Origin: Sedimentisphaerales bacterium
GTDB taxonomy: Bacteria > Planctomycetota > Phycisphaerae > Sedimentisphaerales > Anaerobacaceae
Assembly (NCBI GenBank): GCA_963708075.1
Contig: OY970194.1
Coordinates: 4,128,001 to 4,192,000, forward strand
DNA length: 64,000 nt
Direction of reading: 5' to 3'
Position 1 is the stretch's first letter; every line of letters starts with the position of its first letter. Positions 21,498 through 34,400 of this stretch are shown in pieces. The translations under genes were made by a program, and so were the position numbers. Under the pieces are notes generated by a model that made no database searches, had not been told where the DNA came from, and saw only the letters and a list, made by a program, of their open reading frames with translations.

Positions 21498-23341
21498 AAT
21501 GACGGGGACATCTCCCAGGGCGGCTCGGAGATCGTCCGCCGTTCAGAGCCCTCCTGAGGCGGCTCTGGATCAGGCAGGCTCTGCAGAACCGAAGACAATG
21601 ATGCTTCCACCATGCGCAGGTCAAGGATCGTTCCGGCCGCCTGGGCAAGCTCGGCCAAGGCGATATTGAGTTCCACGATCGCACCGATCTCGCCCCGCTG
21701 AGCCTGGGCATAGGTCTCCTGGGCCTGTAATTTCACCAGCAAAAACTCCGGCGTGAGCTTTTCTCGAATGGCCTCCGATTCCTCCAGCGTCTGCAGGTGT
21801 GCCCGGGCCGCCTGCACGGCCTCCTGCTGTACCTTGAGCTCATCGAAGCTCGTCTGGACTCTCCTGGCTCTCTCGCGCACCTGCACCGCTACCTGGTCAG
21901 CCGTATTATGCAGAATCGAAGTGGCCTTTCGCCGCTCCCACTGCCGGCGGAGCCATTCGGCCTGTCGGCTGCGATTACCCAGCGGATACTCCAGGTTCAG
22001 CCCAACCGCGTAGCTTGTATATTGGCCATCCTCGATCTGATCGTGTGCTTCGAACCTGTCCTCGCCCAAACCTCGAGCCCTCGCTGAGCCCACCAGGTCC
22101 AGCCGGGGCATGCGTTGATTCTTCGCTACATCGATGTTGATCTGGGCGACCTGAACGCCAAGGTGGGCCTGCTGAATCACGGGATTTCGCTGCATCGCCG
22201 TCGCCAGCGTGCGATCCACCAAGGTTGCAGACTCCGGCAACTCCTGCGCGACCTGCGGCTCACTCGCTGGTATGATCTCGAGCTTGCTGGCCGTATTGAC
22301 CTGTGGATCAGAGATCAATCGCACAAGAGCATCCTGCACGTCCACCGCCTGCTTTTGCGACTCCAACAGCGTCGCCTCGCGGCTCTTGGCGTAGGCCTCA
22401 GCCTGCTTGATCTGGACATCCGTAGCATCGATGTCCCGCCGACCCTCTACCTTCTTGAGCGTCTGATTCGTCTCGTCCACAAGCTGACGCTGGATCTCGG
22501 CATCCTGCCGGGCCTGGACCAATCGCCAATAGGCCGTAATCACAGCCGCCGAGACAGCTTCCGCTTTCTCACGAAAACCAAGGAGCGATGCCTCATAGTT
22601 GAGCTTGGCCACATTCACGCCGGCCAGATTCACCTGCGTGCCGGCATCACGGAGCAAAGGCTGGCGAAGCTCAAAGATGACCATCGGCTCATAGCGAGTC
22701 GGTAACGTTCGCCCAACCAGATCATCCCAGATATGGCTTAGACCGTAGCTGGCTGACCACTCAGAGCCCAGGATGGTCCTTTGCTTTACCCCGGACTCGA
22801 ACAATCGTGTCTCTGCCTCTCCGGGCTCAAAGAAGCTGTTGCGAGGATTGTCCTGATCGTCATAGTTCACGCGGCTAAACGCCGTCGGGTCAAAATCCCC
22901 CGCCGCCTTGGCGACCTCTTGCCGCACGATCTCCGGATCGAAGCTGACGATTCGAATCTCAGGGCTATTGGCCAAAGCGCGCGTGATGGCCTGCTCGATC
23001 GTCAGCGTCGCGGTCTTCTCGCCGTTATTCGGGTCCTCAATTATCTGCAAGGGCGGGATGGCTTCTTGCTCAGTCTCGACCGGCTTGAGCATGCTCAACG
23101 GATCAAGCGATGGCGGTTCCTGTGCGTTGAGGCGCTGCTGTGGCCCACTGCCGGCTAACCGCTTCTGGTATGTGCTCACTTTCGATCCATCGCTGACTCG
23201 ATCGGAAACGCAGCCGCCAAATACGACCAGACAACCGATCAGGATAGGTGAGTATGCCCCCCAACCACTCACGTGCGACAGGCTGAGCCATCCTGTCCTT
23301 CGGCGGGACTGTCTTGGTGTCCTCTGTCTCAACTGCATCAC
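21494..23341 (-). CDS. TolC-family outer membrane protein, probable lipoprotein
   Basis: Lipobox-like VVFGGC; LTIEQAI..AL.NSPEI; LRQPLLR; MPRLDL; two helical repeats; converges on the SecA-like gene with a 4-nt overlap. Confidence 0.88.
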   Translation of the reverse strand: MMQLRQRTPRQSRRRTGWLSLSHVSGWGAYSPILIGCLVVFGGCVSDRVSDGSKVSTYQKRLAGSGPQQRLNAQEPPSLDPLSMLKPVETEQEAIPPLQIIEDPNNGEKTATLTIEQAITRALANSPEIRIVSFDPEIVRQEVAKAAGDFDPTAFSRVNYDDQDNPRNSFFEPGEAETRLFESGVKQRTILGSEWSASYGLSHIWDDLVGRTLPTRYEPMVIFELRQPLLRDAGTQVNLAGVNVAKLNYEASLLGFREKAEAVSAAVITAYWRLVQARQDAEIQRQLVDETNQTLKKVEGRRDIDATDVQIKQAEAYAKSREATLLESQKQAVDVQDALVRLISDPQVNTASKLEIIPASEPQVAQELPESATLVDRTLATAMQRNPVIQQAHLGVQVAQINIDVAKNQRMPRLDLVGSARARGLGEDRFEAHDQIEDGQYTSYAVGLNLEYPLGNRSRQAEWLRRQWERRKATSILHNTADQVAVQVRERARRVQTSFDELKVQQEAVQAARAHLQTLEESEAIREKLTPEFLLVKLQAQETYAQAQRGEIGAIVELNIALAELAQAAGTILDLRMVEASLSSVLQSLPDPEPPQEGSERRTISEPPWEMSPSF

Positions 23342-24192
23342 GGCTGTCGCCCCGCCTGTGGCTGTCCATCCCCTGCGAATGTCACCAGCACGTGCTCTCC
23401 CGCCGGTCTGCCCATTGGGTTCGGCACTTCGATGCGCACCCGCAGTGTGCCACTGGCGGCATCGGCCACTGCCGCAACAAAGATCACACGCCCCTCGGCA
23501 GCCGACGTCGCCTTGCCCGAGTCGGTGAACTGTACCCGAGTCGTCCCGCCCGTCTTTAAGTTGATCCCCTCAGCCAGTGGGACAGGGGCGTCGATCCACA
23601 ACGGGTCAGTCTGCACGACCCGAATCACATCCGCCAAGGCGTTCGCCGACTCGCCCACTTCGACATCGACCTTTTCGATCCACCCATCGACAGGGCTTTT
23701 GAGCTGCATGTTGTCAACGCGGATTCTGTACTCCTCGTACTTGCGGCCCGCCTGCTCATGCTCGAATTTGGCCAATTCAAAGGATAACTGCGCAATGGTC
23801 ACATCCAGCTTGGCGTGCTCGACCTCAAGGAATGTGGCGGCATTGCTGGCAGCGGCCTTCTGGAGCTTCTCCAGATCGACTTTCTTTTGCGCCAGCGATG
23901 CTTCGCTCGCCCGCATCTGCGTGAGGTCCTCGCTCTGGGCCTTGAGCTGGGCAAGCTGAACCTGCTCGGCGGCATCATCCTGCCGGACCAGCACCTCACC
24001 GACCTTTACCGAATGCCCCTCCTTGAACGGCACGCTCGCAATCCGCCCCGGCTGCACGAAGGAAAGGGTAATATCCGCGCTCGGCCGCGTGATAGCTCGA
24101 ACGCCTGTGCCCATTCCGGCGGATGTCACGCCGCAAAGCAATATCACTATGAACGACAACGAAAACAGCTTATGTATTCCATTCGTGACCAT
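23338..24192 (-). CDS. Efflux RND/MFP periplasmic adaptor subunit
   Basis: LSFVQPGRI...KEG..VK.GEVL; coiled coil; LKSPVDG; ADAASGTLRVRIEVPNP; overlaps the TolC start; start may be 24216. Confidence 0.88.
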   Translation of the reverse strand: MVTNGIHKLFSLSFIVILLCGVTSAGMGTGVRAITRPSADITLSFVQPGRIASVPFKEGHSVKVGEVLVRQDDAAEQVQLAQLKAQSEDLTQMRASEASLAQKKVDLEKLQKAAASNAATFLEVEHAKLDVTIAQLSFELAKFEHEQAGRKYEEYRIRVDNMQLKSPVDGWIEKVDVEVGESANALADVIRVVQTDPLWIDAPVPLAEGINLKTGGTTRVQFTDSGKATSAAEGRVIFVAAVADAASGTLRVRIEVPNPMGRPAGEHVLVTFAGDGQPQAGRQP

Positions 24193-24229
24193 CAGCCAAG
24201 CCTCTATGCCATACATCCAACAATTCGTT

Positions 24230-24258
24230 ACTGTACATCACGACAGGAGATACTGCAA
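24230..24258 (-). promoter_or_regulatory. Putative promoter for the MFP-TolC operon
   Basis: Minus strand TTGCAG-N17-TACAGT. Confidence 0.4.
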
Positions 24259-24275
24259 GTGAGTTCGCACAAGAA

Positions 24276-24298
24276 GTAGTGTAATGAGTTGTGTGTAA
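24276..24298 (-). mobile_element. Isolated IS256-like terminal inverted repeat
   Basis: Minus strand TTACACACAACTCATTACACTAC resembles IS256-family ends (from memory). Confidence 0.45.
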
Positions 24299-24402
24299 GC
24301 TGGGCTGGGCAGGGATAGGGGCCACCCGTCTGGAGCAAAGGCGAGCGTAGCGAGCCGTAGCGCAAGGCGGGTAACAGCGGCCATGAAATAGGGGTACGTA
24401 CT

Positions 24403-24590
24403 TGCTCTGTAGAGAAGGTCCCTGAGAAGTAGGATGAGAGCGATGTTGTGCGTGAGCACAAGAAGGAGCATATCGCAACACTGGGACCAGTACTGCCTCG
24501 CCCGCAGGGCCGACCCATAGTTGCGTCTGATCATGCTGATCACCGTCTCGGCTTGCCAGCGCTGGCGGTAGAGTTTGCGTCTAAAATGGC
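24403..24590 (-). pseudogene. C-terminal remnant of an IS4/IS5-like DDE transposase with its terminus
   Basis: KLYRQRWQAETVISMIRRNYGSALRAR..LLVLTHNI (Y..RW..E..K/R signature); ends CTCTACAGAGC. Confidence 0.7.
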
Positions 24591-25210
24591 GTAGGGTGCA
24601 AATATTATCTGATTACGCCGGAGACGATCCTATCCTGGTATCGGCAACTCATCGCCGAGAAATATGATGGCAGCAAGAACTGTAAGAACCCCGGCCCGCC
24701 TAAGATCTCGCAGGAAATCATCGGCCTTGTGATCCAATTCAAAGAGGAGAACCCGCGCTGGGGCTACACCCGAATTCGGGATTACCTCGTCTACCTCGGA
24801 CACAAGATCGGCGAAACCACGGTTAAGAACATCCTCATCGAGAACGGCTTAGATCCAGAGCCAGACCTGACCCGCAAGACCACCTGGAAGGAGTTCCTCA
24901 AGAGCCACTGGAATGTGCTGGCCGCCTGCGATCTGTTCTCGATTGAGCTACTGGTCAAAGGTAAACTTGTCCGCTACATGGTGCTCTTTGCCATCAATCT
25001 GGCCACTCGCAAAGTGGAGATCCTGGGCGTCGGTGCGCAACCGAATGGTCCCTGGATGGAGCAAATCGCCCGCAATGCCAGCGGCGAACACGGCTTCCTG
25101 GCCGGCAAGAAGTACCTGATCCATGATCGGGATCCACTGTACACAGACAAGTTCGACAGCATCCTCAAAGCTGCCGGGGTGGAAGCTGTGAAACTACCAC
25201 CGCAAAGCCG
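24590..25210 (+). pseudogene. Integrase-core (rve) transposase fragment, truncated at both ends
   Basis: WYRQLIAEKYDGS..ENPRWGYTRI..WKEFLKSHW..ACDLF..YLIHDRDPLYT..KLPPQS then stops; paralogue of 49791-50887. Confidence 0.85.
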
Positions 25211-25463
25211 CGTGACAGGCACCCTGCCACGTCATCTTCGCGGGGACAGTATGCGCCCGGGTATGATCTGGGCATCAGGAAACTCCTTCTATGCGATGCT
25301 CAATGCTGGATGATCTACGATTCCGTCCGCCCTACCGACTCATCTTTCCTGGCGATTTCAGTGCTAACAGTCTGAAATCGCTAGCGTTATGCTTGGATGA
25401 GTATTTGCACCATACGGGTTCTCCGCAACGCTATCGTTCGAAGGGGCAATATCGATCGGCAAT

Positions 25464-28400
25464 CTATTCCACGATCCCGGGAGCACCGACGTAACGCAGG
25501 TGAATCAGGCCGGCGTCGAGTATCGCGCCGATCGTGCCGTGATAGCGGAACGTAATCCAAGAGACGCCGTCGGCCGTCGCACGGAGAAGAGCCGTGGTGG
25601 GAACGGACCAATTGAATTCGAGGCGGTTCATGAAGGTGCCGGTTCCGCCCGGCGCCTTCAGCGTGATCCTGACGCCCGTCACATCGCTGGCGAGGTCGTT
25701 TAGGGCGTCCAGGATGGAGGCGTCGCTCGCGGTGAGCGCGACATCGCCACCGCGCGATTGGACCAGGCCGACAAGCAGGTCCCCGGTGGTTTCGGTGAGA
25801 ACGACCCAATTGTCGACATTGACGTCGATATGGCCGCCAGTGCCCAGGAGGTCCGTTCGGGAACGCACCGCAATCGTTGACGGCGTCAGCCCGGCTACCC
25901 CGCCAACCTTCGCGCCGTCCACGTCCTCAATGATGATATTGCCGCCCGCAATCAGGCCGGCCACAGTCCGATTGTCGGTCGGCAGATTGAGATTGCCGCC
26001 GGTCTCCAGATCGAGGTCGCTGGTCTCCAGATTGAGGTTGCGGAAGTCATAGATGCAGTTGACAGGCGTGACGGTCGCCCCGCCGGTCGCCCCGCCGTTG
26101 GAATCGGGACGGAAGAAGTTGCTAAAGATCCAGTCGCGGGTTCCATCCGCAGGCGGGGAACTTGGATAATCAAAATTGGCGCCCTCGTTCAACGTGGTGA
26201 CGCGAACACCCGCCCCCGCCCCAGCCTCAGGATCCTTCTCGGCGTCCTGAAGGAGCAGGTCAATGGTTCCGCCTGCCGTCAGCGAATCGATGGTCGCAGT
26301 GAACTCGGTCACCGCCGAGTCATCGCGCAGAACCGCTTTCAAGTCGAGGTAAATGTCTCCGCCCGCGACACCCACGACATGCTGAGCGGCCGTCAACTGA
26401 TGCACGGGAGCAACGTCCGAAGCGGACGGGTCCAAGGTGATGACATCACCGCCCGGTGTGGCGAGCTGAAGGGTGGTGCCGTCGGCGGACAGGATCACCG
26501 TGTAGTAGTGCCCGTTCTCCAGCCCTTCGATTGGTGTCCCGGGGGTCCCGTTGGCGTTGACGGCCTGGTACTGCACGAGCTGCCCGTTGAAGAATGGGAC
26601 ATAACCCAGGAACAGCACATTGGCTGCGCCACAAACCCCGTTGGCGAGGAAGGTCGTGGTCGCCCCGGGGTAAGTCAGGTCGACATTGACCCGCGGCGCA
26701 CTGCTACCGATCCCGCCTGCCGGGGCCCGAATGTCGAGGATGGCCGTGCGGATGAGAGAGGTGCGGCCGTTACCGTTCGGTGCATCGGCATCCTCTGCCA
26801 CGTCACGTCCGCGCGCCGCGGTGATGTTGCCGCCGCTGTTGTGGATGACGGTGCGGCCGATGGGGTTATTGATCGTGCCGTTCAGGATGATATTTGAGTT
26901 GGTCTCATTGATGATCTGCACCAGCGCCGGCCCCCCCGTGCGGCTGAGCGCGAATGTCAGCGTGACGTATCTGCTGTTCAGGTCCACCAGCGGATTCTCC
27001 GTGGTATTGACCACGTTGATGTTGTTGATCTTGAGCGGCATGCTCGAGTAGTTCGTGATCAGCACCCGGCCGAGCGTGCCACTGAGGTCCCATGTGCTCC
27101 CCTCGCCGCTGATCCCTACCGCGTCTCCGTCGACCCAGGCGTCATTGAAATAAACCTGGCCGCTGCCGCCGTTTCCGATGTCATTGACGAAGATCTCGGG
27201 CTCGGAAACGATCTGGCCCGATGTCTGGGATGCGTTTTCGCTGGTCCACACGCTGACGTTGGTGGCCTTCGTAATCCACCCGTACTCGTCGATCACCAGC
27301 TCCGCGCTCTGGCCCGAAGAGATGTGCACATCGGCGTTCCAGACGATTCTACGGTCCTGGTTGTCGTTCAGCTCGGTGTCTGCATGACCAGCCGCTATCG
27401 CCTTCTTCTTCACCTTGGCATCGGCAGCGATTTTCACGTTGTAGTTCGTCGTATTGACGTACAGCGCCAGTTGATCCAGGGTATTGGGGTCGGTGGCGTC
27501 GCCGACCACGTTATCTGCCAGATGGTCGCGCAAGATCGCCACCGGGTTCCATAAACCAGGGTCGCTGTAATTCTGCAGACTCAGGTCAAATTTCTGATTT
27601 TCGGCTGCAACCAGGTCGCTATCGGTCTGTAAGACGCCGATGTACTCGTAAACGTTGCCGCTGGAGACGCGCACCGTCATTCCCGGAGCAAGCGCGTTGA
27701 CCATGGTTCCGGCCCCCTCAGAATCCTCGGAGGTCGTAACTTCGACTTGTTTCCACTGGTCTGCATCCTCGTAGGCCTGGAGACTGAGGTCAAATTTCTG
27801 ACTGCCGTCTATATCCGGGTCGCTATCGGTCTGTAAGACGCCGATGTATTCGTACACGTTGCCGGCAAGACCACCGCTGGCGATGGCTACCATCATGCCC
27901 GGAGTAAGCGCGTTGACCTCGTCGAGGATAGTTCCGTCGCTCACGCGCGGACCGGCGGTCACCTGGGCACGTGGGGCCCCCGTAGCTGCATCGGGGCCGT
28001 CGGCCACTACGCTGGAAGTCAATGTCGTAGTGTTGTTTCCGTCGGAGTCGACCCAGCCGAATAAGCCCATGACGCGACCGTAGGAGTAGGCGTAGGTATC
28101 GACGTTATTGAACGTGGCCTCGAGGTCGACACCGCGATAGCCCGTAAGGCTTGACCCGCTGCCCAGCAAAACCTTGTTCTCGGCGTCGATGTCCATATCG
28201 GTAAAATCATCCGATACGCCGACAAAGCCGGCGCCGTATCCCTCGGCGTCGGCATGGACATCCATGTTGCTGGTTGTCGCGCGCAGGGCCACGGTGCTCG
28301 CGATTACGACTGCGCTTCCTCGAGTGTCACCAGGCTCTGGCTGCCGTCAAGGATGTCCATATCGGTTTCGGCATAGCCGCCGCCGCCGAAACCGCGTCCA

Positions 28401-31400
28401 TCGGCATAGGAATGAGTCAGGGCGTCGACATTGGCGTCGGAAGTGATTCCGACATGGCCTGCGGCCGCGATCTTGGCTCCGCCTTCCAGGTACGCCTGGG
28501 TGTCGTAGGACAGTACAGACGTCATGTAGGCTCTCACGTCGGCCGCGGCGCCGCCCGCTTTAGCCGTGGCGGTGCCGCTGGTAACATGGTTCGACCAGGC
28601 ATCGACCGTCACGTCGCCGCCGCTGATGATGTTGGCGCCGGCCGCAATGTAAGCGTAGGTGGTGCTCGTTTGATCGGTGGTGGCCCAGGACTTGCCGATG
28701 CCGACAAAACCGCCCGTGGAGTTGGTGGTGTTGGCGCGGGCATTGGTCTCCGATGCGGCCAGAACCGAGATATCCCCGGTGACTCTCAGCGACCCTGACG
28801 CAATGTACGCGGTGACCGTGACATCGGCGTTTGAATTGGATTCGTTTTTCGACTGGCCATAAACGCCGCCGGCGGAGCCCTTGCTGTCCGCGCTGGACAC
28901 GGTATCGCCCGGAGGCGCGACCAGTTCGGCGAGATCCACTCCGCCCAGGCCTGTGATCCAGTGACGCGTCGTGCCGTCAGGCAAGGTGCCGCCGGGCAAG
29001 GTGGTGGTCGTACCGTCAGGCAGGGTGATGGTAGTGAGGTTAATGCGGAACTGATGGGTTGTGCCGGACTCTGCTGTCCCAAGGTCGACGCTTTGTGTTC
29101 CAACCCAGTGCGTGGTGGATGCATTCAGCCCCGTCGTGCCCAGGGTGATCGCGGCGCCTCCTGGGGTGCTGGCAAGCTGGTAACTGCTCTTGGTCGCATT
29201 AATAATGTAGTAGGTCTGGCCACTTACCAGGCCGTGAATCGGCGCGTTGCGTGCGAGCACCACGCTGTGCACGGAGCCATCGGCCTTGTTCGGCCCCAAC
29301 TCGATCGGCGTCTTGCCATCGACAGTCTTGCCGCTGATGGTCGCCGCCGTACCGAAGTTGCCGGTGATATAGAGGGTGCCATCGACGATGCTGTCGATCA
29401 CGTAGTCTCCGTTATTGTTGCCCGCGCCGCCGATCCTGATGCTTTGGCCCGGAGCGAAGCCGTAGGCGCTCCAGGGCTGGCCGCTCATGTACGCCTTGTT
29501 GCCGTTCGCCTGCGGAACAAACGTGATTACTCCCGTAACGGTTGGCGCCAGTTTGATCGTATGCTCGGTCTTGTTTATGACGCGGTAGACGCAGTCGTTG
29601 TTCAGTCCGCCGATCGCCGTGGGTTCGCCGATCATTGAGCTCACGTGATAGACAACATAATCCCCATTGGTGAAATGATGATCGATCCCAACCAGACTAC
29701 TATTGCCGTTGGAATCGATCACCTCTTCGAAGAAGACGATGTTGTTGGCGCCCGGATTGTCGGTGACCTCCGGCTTATCACCCAACGTGACGTCGGCATC
29801 GACCTGGGAGCTGGCGAAGGTGAGCGTCTTTGGCGCTATGTAGGTCACCGCCTGCCCGTTGACGAAGTTGTTGGGGTCGATGATCGTCTTACCGTCGGGT
29901 TGCACGTTGCTCACGATGAAGCTGTTGAGAGATGCCCCCGGCGCCACCAACTGGATACTGTTCGCATCGATCACGCGCACCGTATACACGCCGCCATCCG
30001 TCAATCCGCCAATAAGCTTGCCCAGATCAGACGCATGATAGACCACCTGGTCGCCATTCAGGAAGTTGTGGGGCGTGGCAAAGGTGATGGTCTCGTTGTC
30101 CGGGTTGACGACGCCGAAATCAATGGCGTCAGGGTCGGCGGTGAACCCGGCGCCGAGCGCGATGGTGTCGTCGTCGACGTAGATCACGCTGTACTGGCGT
30201 GCGCTGGTCTCGCCTTCAGCATCCGTATAGGTCTGGTCCAGGCCGCCGATTTCAATGAAGTCAGTCTTGTATTCGATCACGTCGCCTGTTTGCAGATTGT
30301 GGTTCGATACGGTCAGAGTGTCTTCGATATCCCCGACAGCCTCAATGTGGTAGTCAGGCTGGCCGGGCTGCATCGCCGGCTTGGCGATCGCACTGACGTT
30401 CACCGAGCCGGCCTTGATCAGCGAGCCACTGCCGATGTAGGCGGTCACATCGGGCGTCACATTGACCGTGGCCTTCGACCCGCCGACGCCACCAGCACCT
30501 TTGGCTACGCCCTTGGTGGAAGCGTCGGCCTCGGGGTTCTCCTTCGCTTCGACGGTGATGTTGCCGGACACGTAGATCCTGCTGTTGTCGCCGATGTGGG
30601 CGTCGAGGGCTGGGCTGACGGTCGACGTTGACTCGTTGTCACTGGGGCTCCCCTCGGCGGCAAATCCTTTTGACACCGCCTGAGATGTGGCCTTGGCTTT
30701 ATCGACGCCGAGCGCCCTGACCTTCAGGCTGACGGCGCCCGGCCCAGTCTCGGAGCCGATAGTGCCGTCCATGCGTGCCTTCACAATGGGACTGCCGATC
30801 GCAGTGGCATGGCTCTCGCCGAGTCCAACGAAGCCGCCGTTCTGGCCGGCCGCGGTAGCCTCGGGAGTAGTCGCCGAGCTCGAAATCACCGCGATGGCGT
30901 CCCCGGCGCTGAGTGTCGCATCGCTATCGACCCAACTCTCGAGGTACGGAGTCTCCGTGGCTATGGCAGTCGCACCGCCTTTAGCGAGGAAGCTGCCTGA
31001 CCTCGAATAGGCGATAGCTTCTGCACCCGAGCCTAACAACACTGCATAGCTGTCTTCCGCGCTCAGGTCCTGGTTGTATATGGACTTGAGGTTGATGTCG
31101 CCGTTTGTCGAAACGATGTTGCCACCGCTGATCGAGCTCGACACCATGCTGGCAGGTGTTGCCGCGTTGGGAGCGATCGTCGCCGTTGCCACGGGCGCAC
31201 ATCGGGCCTCGCCGATGGAGAAAGAAACGGAATTTCCATCCGCCAGGGCTGCCGCACTGGCAGCCAGCGTCGAGCCGACCGAAATGGTGCCGTCAGCCTT
31301 GGCCTGCCGAGCATCCGCATAACCACCCAGCCGGCTTTCGACTGTCGGCGTCACGTTGGCGATCGCTGCCGTTATGACGTCGGAGGTCGCGGTGAAGGCG

Positions 31401-34400
31401 ACCGACAGAGCTTTGCCCTCCGTCGTGGAATCTGCATCGACCGACGAGATGGCGTTGATCTCGACCTTGCCTCCGATATCGAGTTCAACCGGGTCGGCGT
31501 AGGCCCGCGTCGTGGTCGTCACCGTCGCGTCGCTGGTCGCGCTGCCAACGGCACCGGCGAAGACTCCGGCGACGGCCGCAGCAGAAGCGGTCGACATGCT
31601 GGTGACCGTCGCATCTTCCGTGGCGGTGATCGTCAAGTCGCCGGCGCCGGTCGTGACGATCTTCGCTTGCGTGGCATACGCCTCCACGTCGTTGTCGATC
31701 GTGTTGACGGCTTTTGACAGGCTGATAGCGCCGGCGCCGCCGAGCCCGATCGCCGCGGCGAACGAGATCGCGTTGGCAGTGGCGCTGACCATAGACGTGT
31801 CGCTGGCGATCATCGTCACGATACCGGCGGCATCGACGAGCGTGGCTATGGGGTTGGAAGCGGTGTCTGCGACAAACGCCTTGACGCTCGTGTTGATCCT
31901 GTTCTCGATGAGAATACCCGCCCCGGCGGCGGCGACCGCGATCTGTCCCCCGGCGGCGGACGCCACAGTGGCCCGGATATCGGCCGTGATCGTCGCGCCT
32001 TCGGTGGCGCGGAGGGTCACCGCGCCCTCGGCGTCGACGGTGCTGTCCTGGAGGTAAGCCAGCACCTCAGCCGCCTGCGCCGTGCCGTCCGCCTTATAGC
32101 CGATGAAGTTGTGCGCCGTCACGGCACCGATGGCCATGGCGCCGGCCACGCCGCCCGAGGCAACCGAGGCCACTTCCGTCGTAACTCGCGCGCCGATGGT
32201 GGAGGTGTCGCCGGCGGTGAGGTTGATCGTGCCGGCGCTGATCAGGGCGCTGCCGTCGGCATAGGCCCATGTCTTGGTCAGAATGACGTTGCGTGCTTCC
32301 GCACCCCCGCCGGCGATGCTGATCCCGCCCAGCCAGCCGGCGCCGACCGCCGCACTGGCCGCCGTGGCGATGCAGGAAATAGTAGCGGCGTCAACGGCTC
32401 TGATCTCGATGCCGTCGGTCCCCATCGCCTTCAGCAGGCCGGCATTCTTGACGTAAGCGTCGACCTCGCTGGCGATCTCATTCTCCGCCAGCCCGACCGA
32501 AACCGAGATCGAACCCGAGATCAAGCCGACTGCCCCTGCCAGGGACGCCGATCCGGTGACTGCGGTGATGCTCGAGCTGTCGTCAGCCCACAGCGATATG
32601 CTGTCGGCGATGATGCCCGTTGTCCCGGTGCCGTCGATGAAGGCCTTGACCAGTGTACGGATGCGGTTTCGGCTGCTGACTCCGGCCCCTGCGCCCGTAA
32701 TCGCCACGACGCCGCCGCCCAGCGCCAGCGAACCGGCCACCACCATCGCTTCGATGGTCAGGTTGGCGTCGGCCGTGAGGCTAAGATCGCCCAGCGCGTA
32801 GATGCTCGAGTCTTTGATGTATGCCTGCACCTCGGCCGGATCGGCGGTGCCGTCGGGCGTGTAACCGATCAGGTTCTCGGCCATTGCGACACCGACCGCA
32901 ACTCCCACGGCAACAAAACCGCCGGAGGCCGCGACCGCCAGGCCGCCCACCTCGGCATCGATGAGGGAGGTGTCGGTGGCAGTGATTGTGACGTCGCCCA
33001 CCTTGGCATCCTTGGTTCCAACGACGGCGTTCTCGATATACGCGTTGGTCTTGTTGAGGATGACGTTGGTCACATCGACACCGGCCCCCGCGAAGCCGAC
33101 TCCAACCAGTCCGGCACCCAGTGCTGCCGAGGCCGCTACCCCCAGTGCGTTGATCGTCGCATTCTCAGTCGCCGAGATCGTGATGGCGCCGCCGTCGCGT
33201 GTCTGCACACTCTGGCCGTTGGCGATGTAGGCGCTGACCTGGTTGTCTATCTCGTTGCTCGCGATCGATACGCCCACCGAAATCCCCGCCCCCACGAGCC
33301 CGACACCTATGGCCACCGCAGCGGTGCCGACCGTGGCATCGATGATCGAGGCGTCGCGGGCCGTCAGCGAAATGCTGTCGGCGGTAATGTCCGTGGCGCC
33401 GGACCCGTCGATATAGGCTTTGACATTGGCCGCCACGCGGTTGATCGCACTGGCGCCGGCGCCGCTGACACCGATGCCGGCGAACCCGCCTGCGGAAGCC
33501 GCCACCGAGCCGGCCCAAATGATCGCATCGATACCCAGCGTCGAGGTCGCGGTCAGCGTCAGATCGCCTGCCGCATCGACGCTCGAATTCTTGATATAGG
33601 CCTGCACCTCGATCGGCGAGTAGACACCGGTGGCCGAATAGCCAATCCGGTTCCGGGCGATCGCCGCACCGATGGACAGTCCGGCTCCGACGAACGCACC
33701 GCCGCCGATGGCGGCCGCGACCGCCAGCACCTCGGCATTGATGGTGGAAGTGTTGTCCGCGTCGAGAATCACATCCTGCGCGCTGCGGAGCACGCTGTTG
33801 TCCACGTAGGCGTTGGCGCTGCCGAGAATGATGTTGTTGGCCACAGCGCCGGCGCCGCTCAGGCTGGCGCCCACCAGACCCAGCGCCACCGCCGCCGAGG
33901 CCGCGGCCGCGGTAGCTTCGATGTCGGCGCCCTCCGAAACCGTGATGCTGATGTCGCCGGTGGCGTCCGTATTGGTATTGGTACTGGTCACACCCGCGTC
34001 TACATCCTTGATGAAGCCCGCCACGTCGTTGTCGATCTCGTTGAAGGCAATCCCCACGCCGATGGACAGCGATACCCCGACGCCGCCGAAGGCGGCCCCG
34101 ATCGAAGCGGCGCCCGTGAACGCGTCGATGGCGGAAGTGTCGTCGGCATTCAAGCTGACGCTGGCTGCGGTGATGCCTTTTCCGTCCTTGTCGCCCTGAA
34201 TGTAAGCCTGCACGAGCGTCGCGATGCGGTTCTCGGAGCCGGCGCCGCGCCGCTCAGCGACACGCCCACGAGCCCGCCCGAGATCGCCACCGACCCGGCG
34301 AAGACCGTCGCGTCGATGGTCTGATTGGAGATGGCATCGAGGGTCAGCACGCCGGTGGCGTCTACGTTGGAATCGAGGATATAGGCTTGGATTTGCGCCG

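Noticed and set aside
28310..34250. Programmed frameshifting or phase variation in the giant gene
   Set aside because: No slippery heptamer or long repeat tract, and the same defect occurs in unrelated genes
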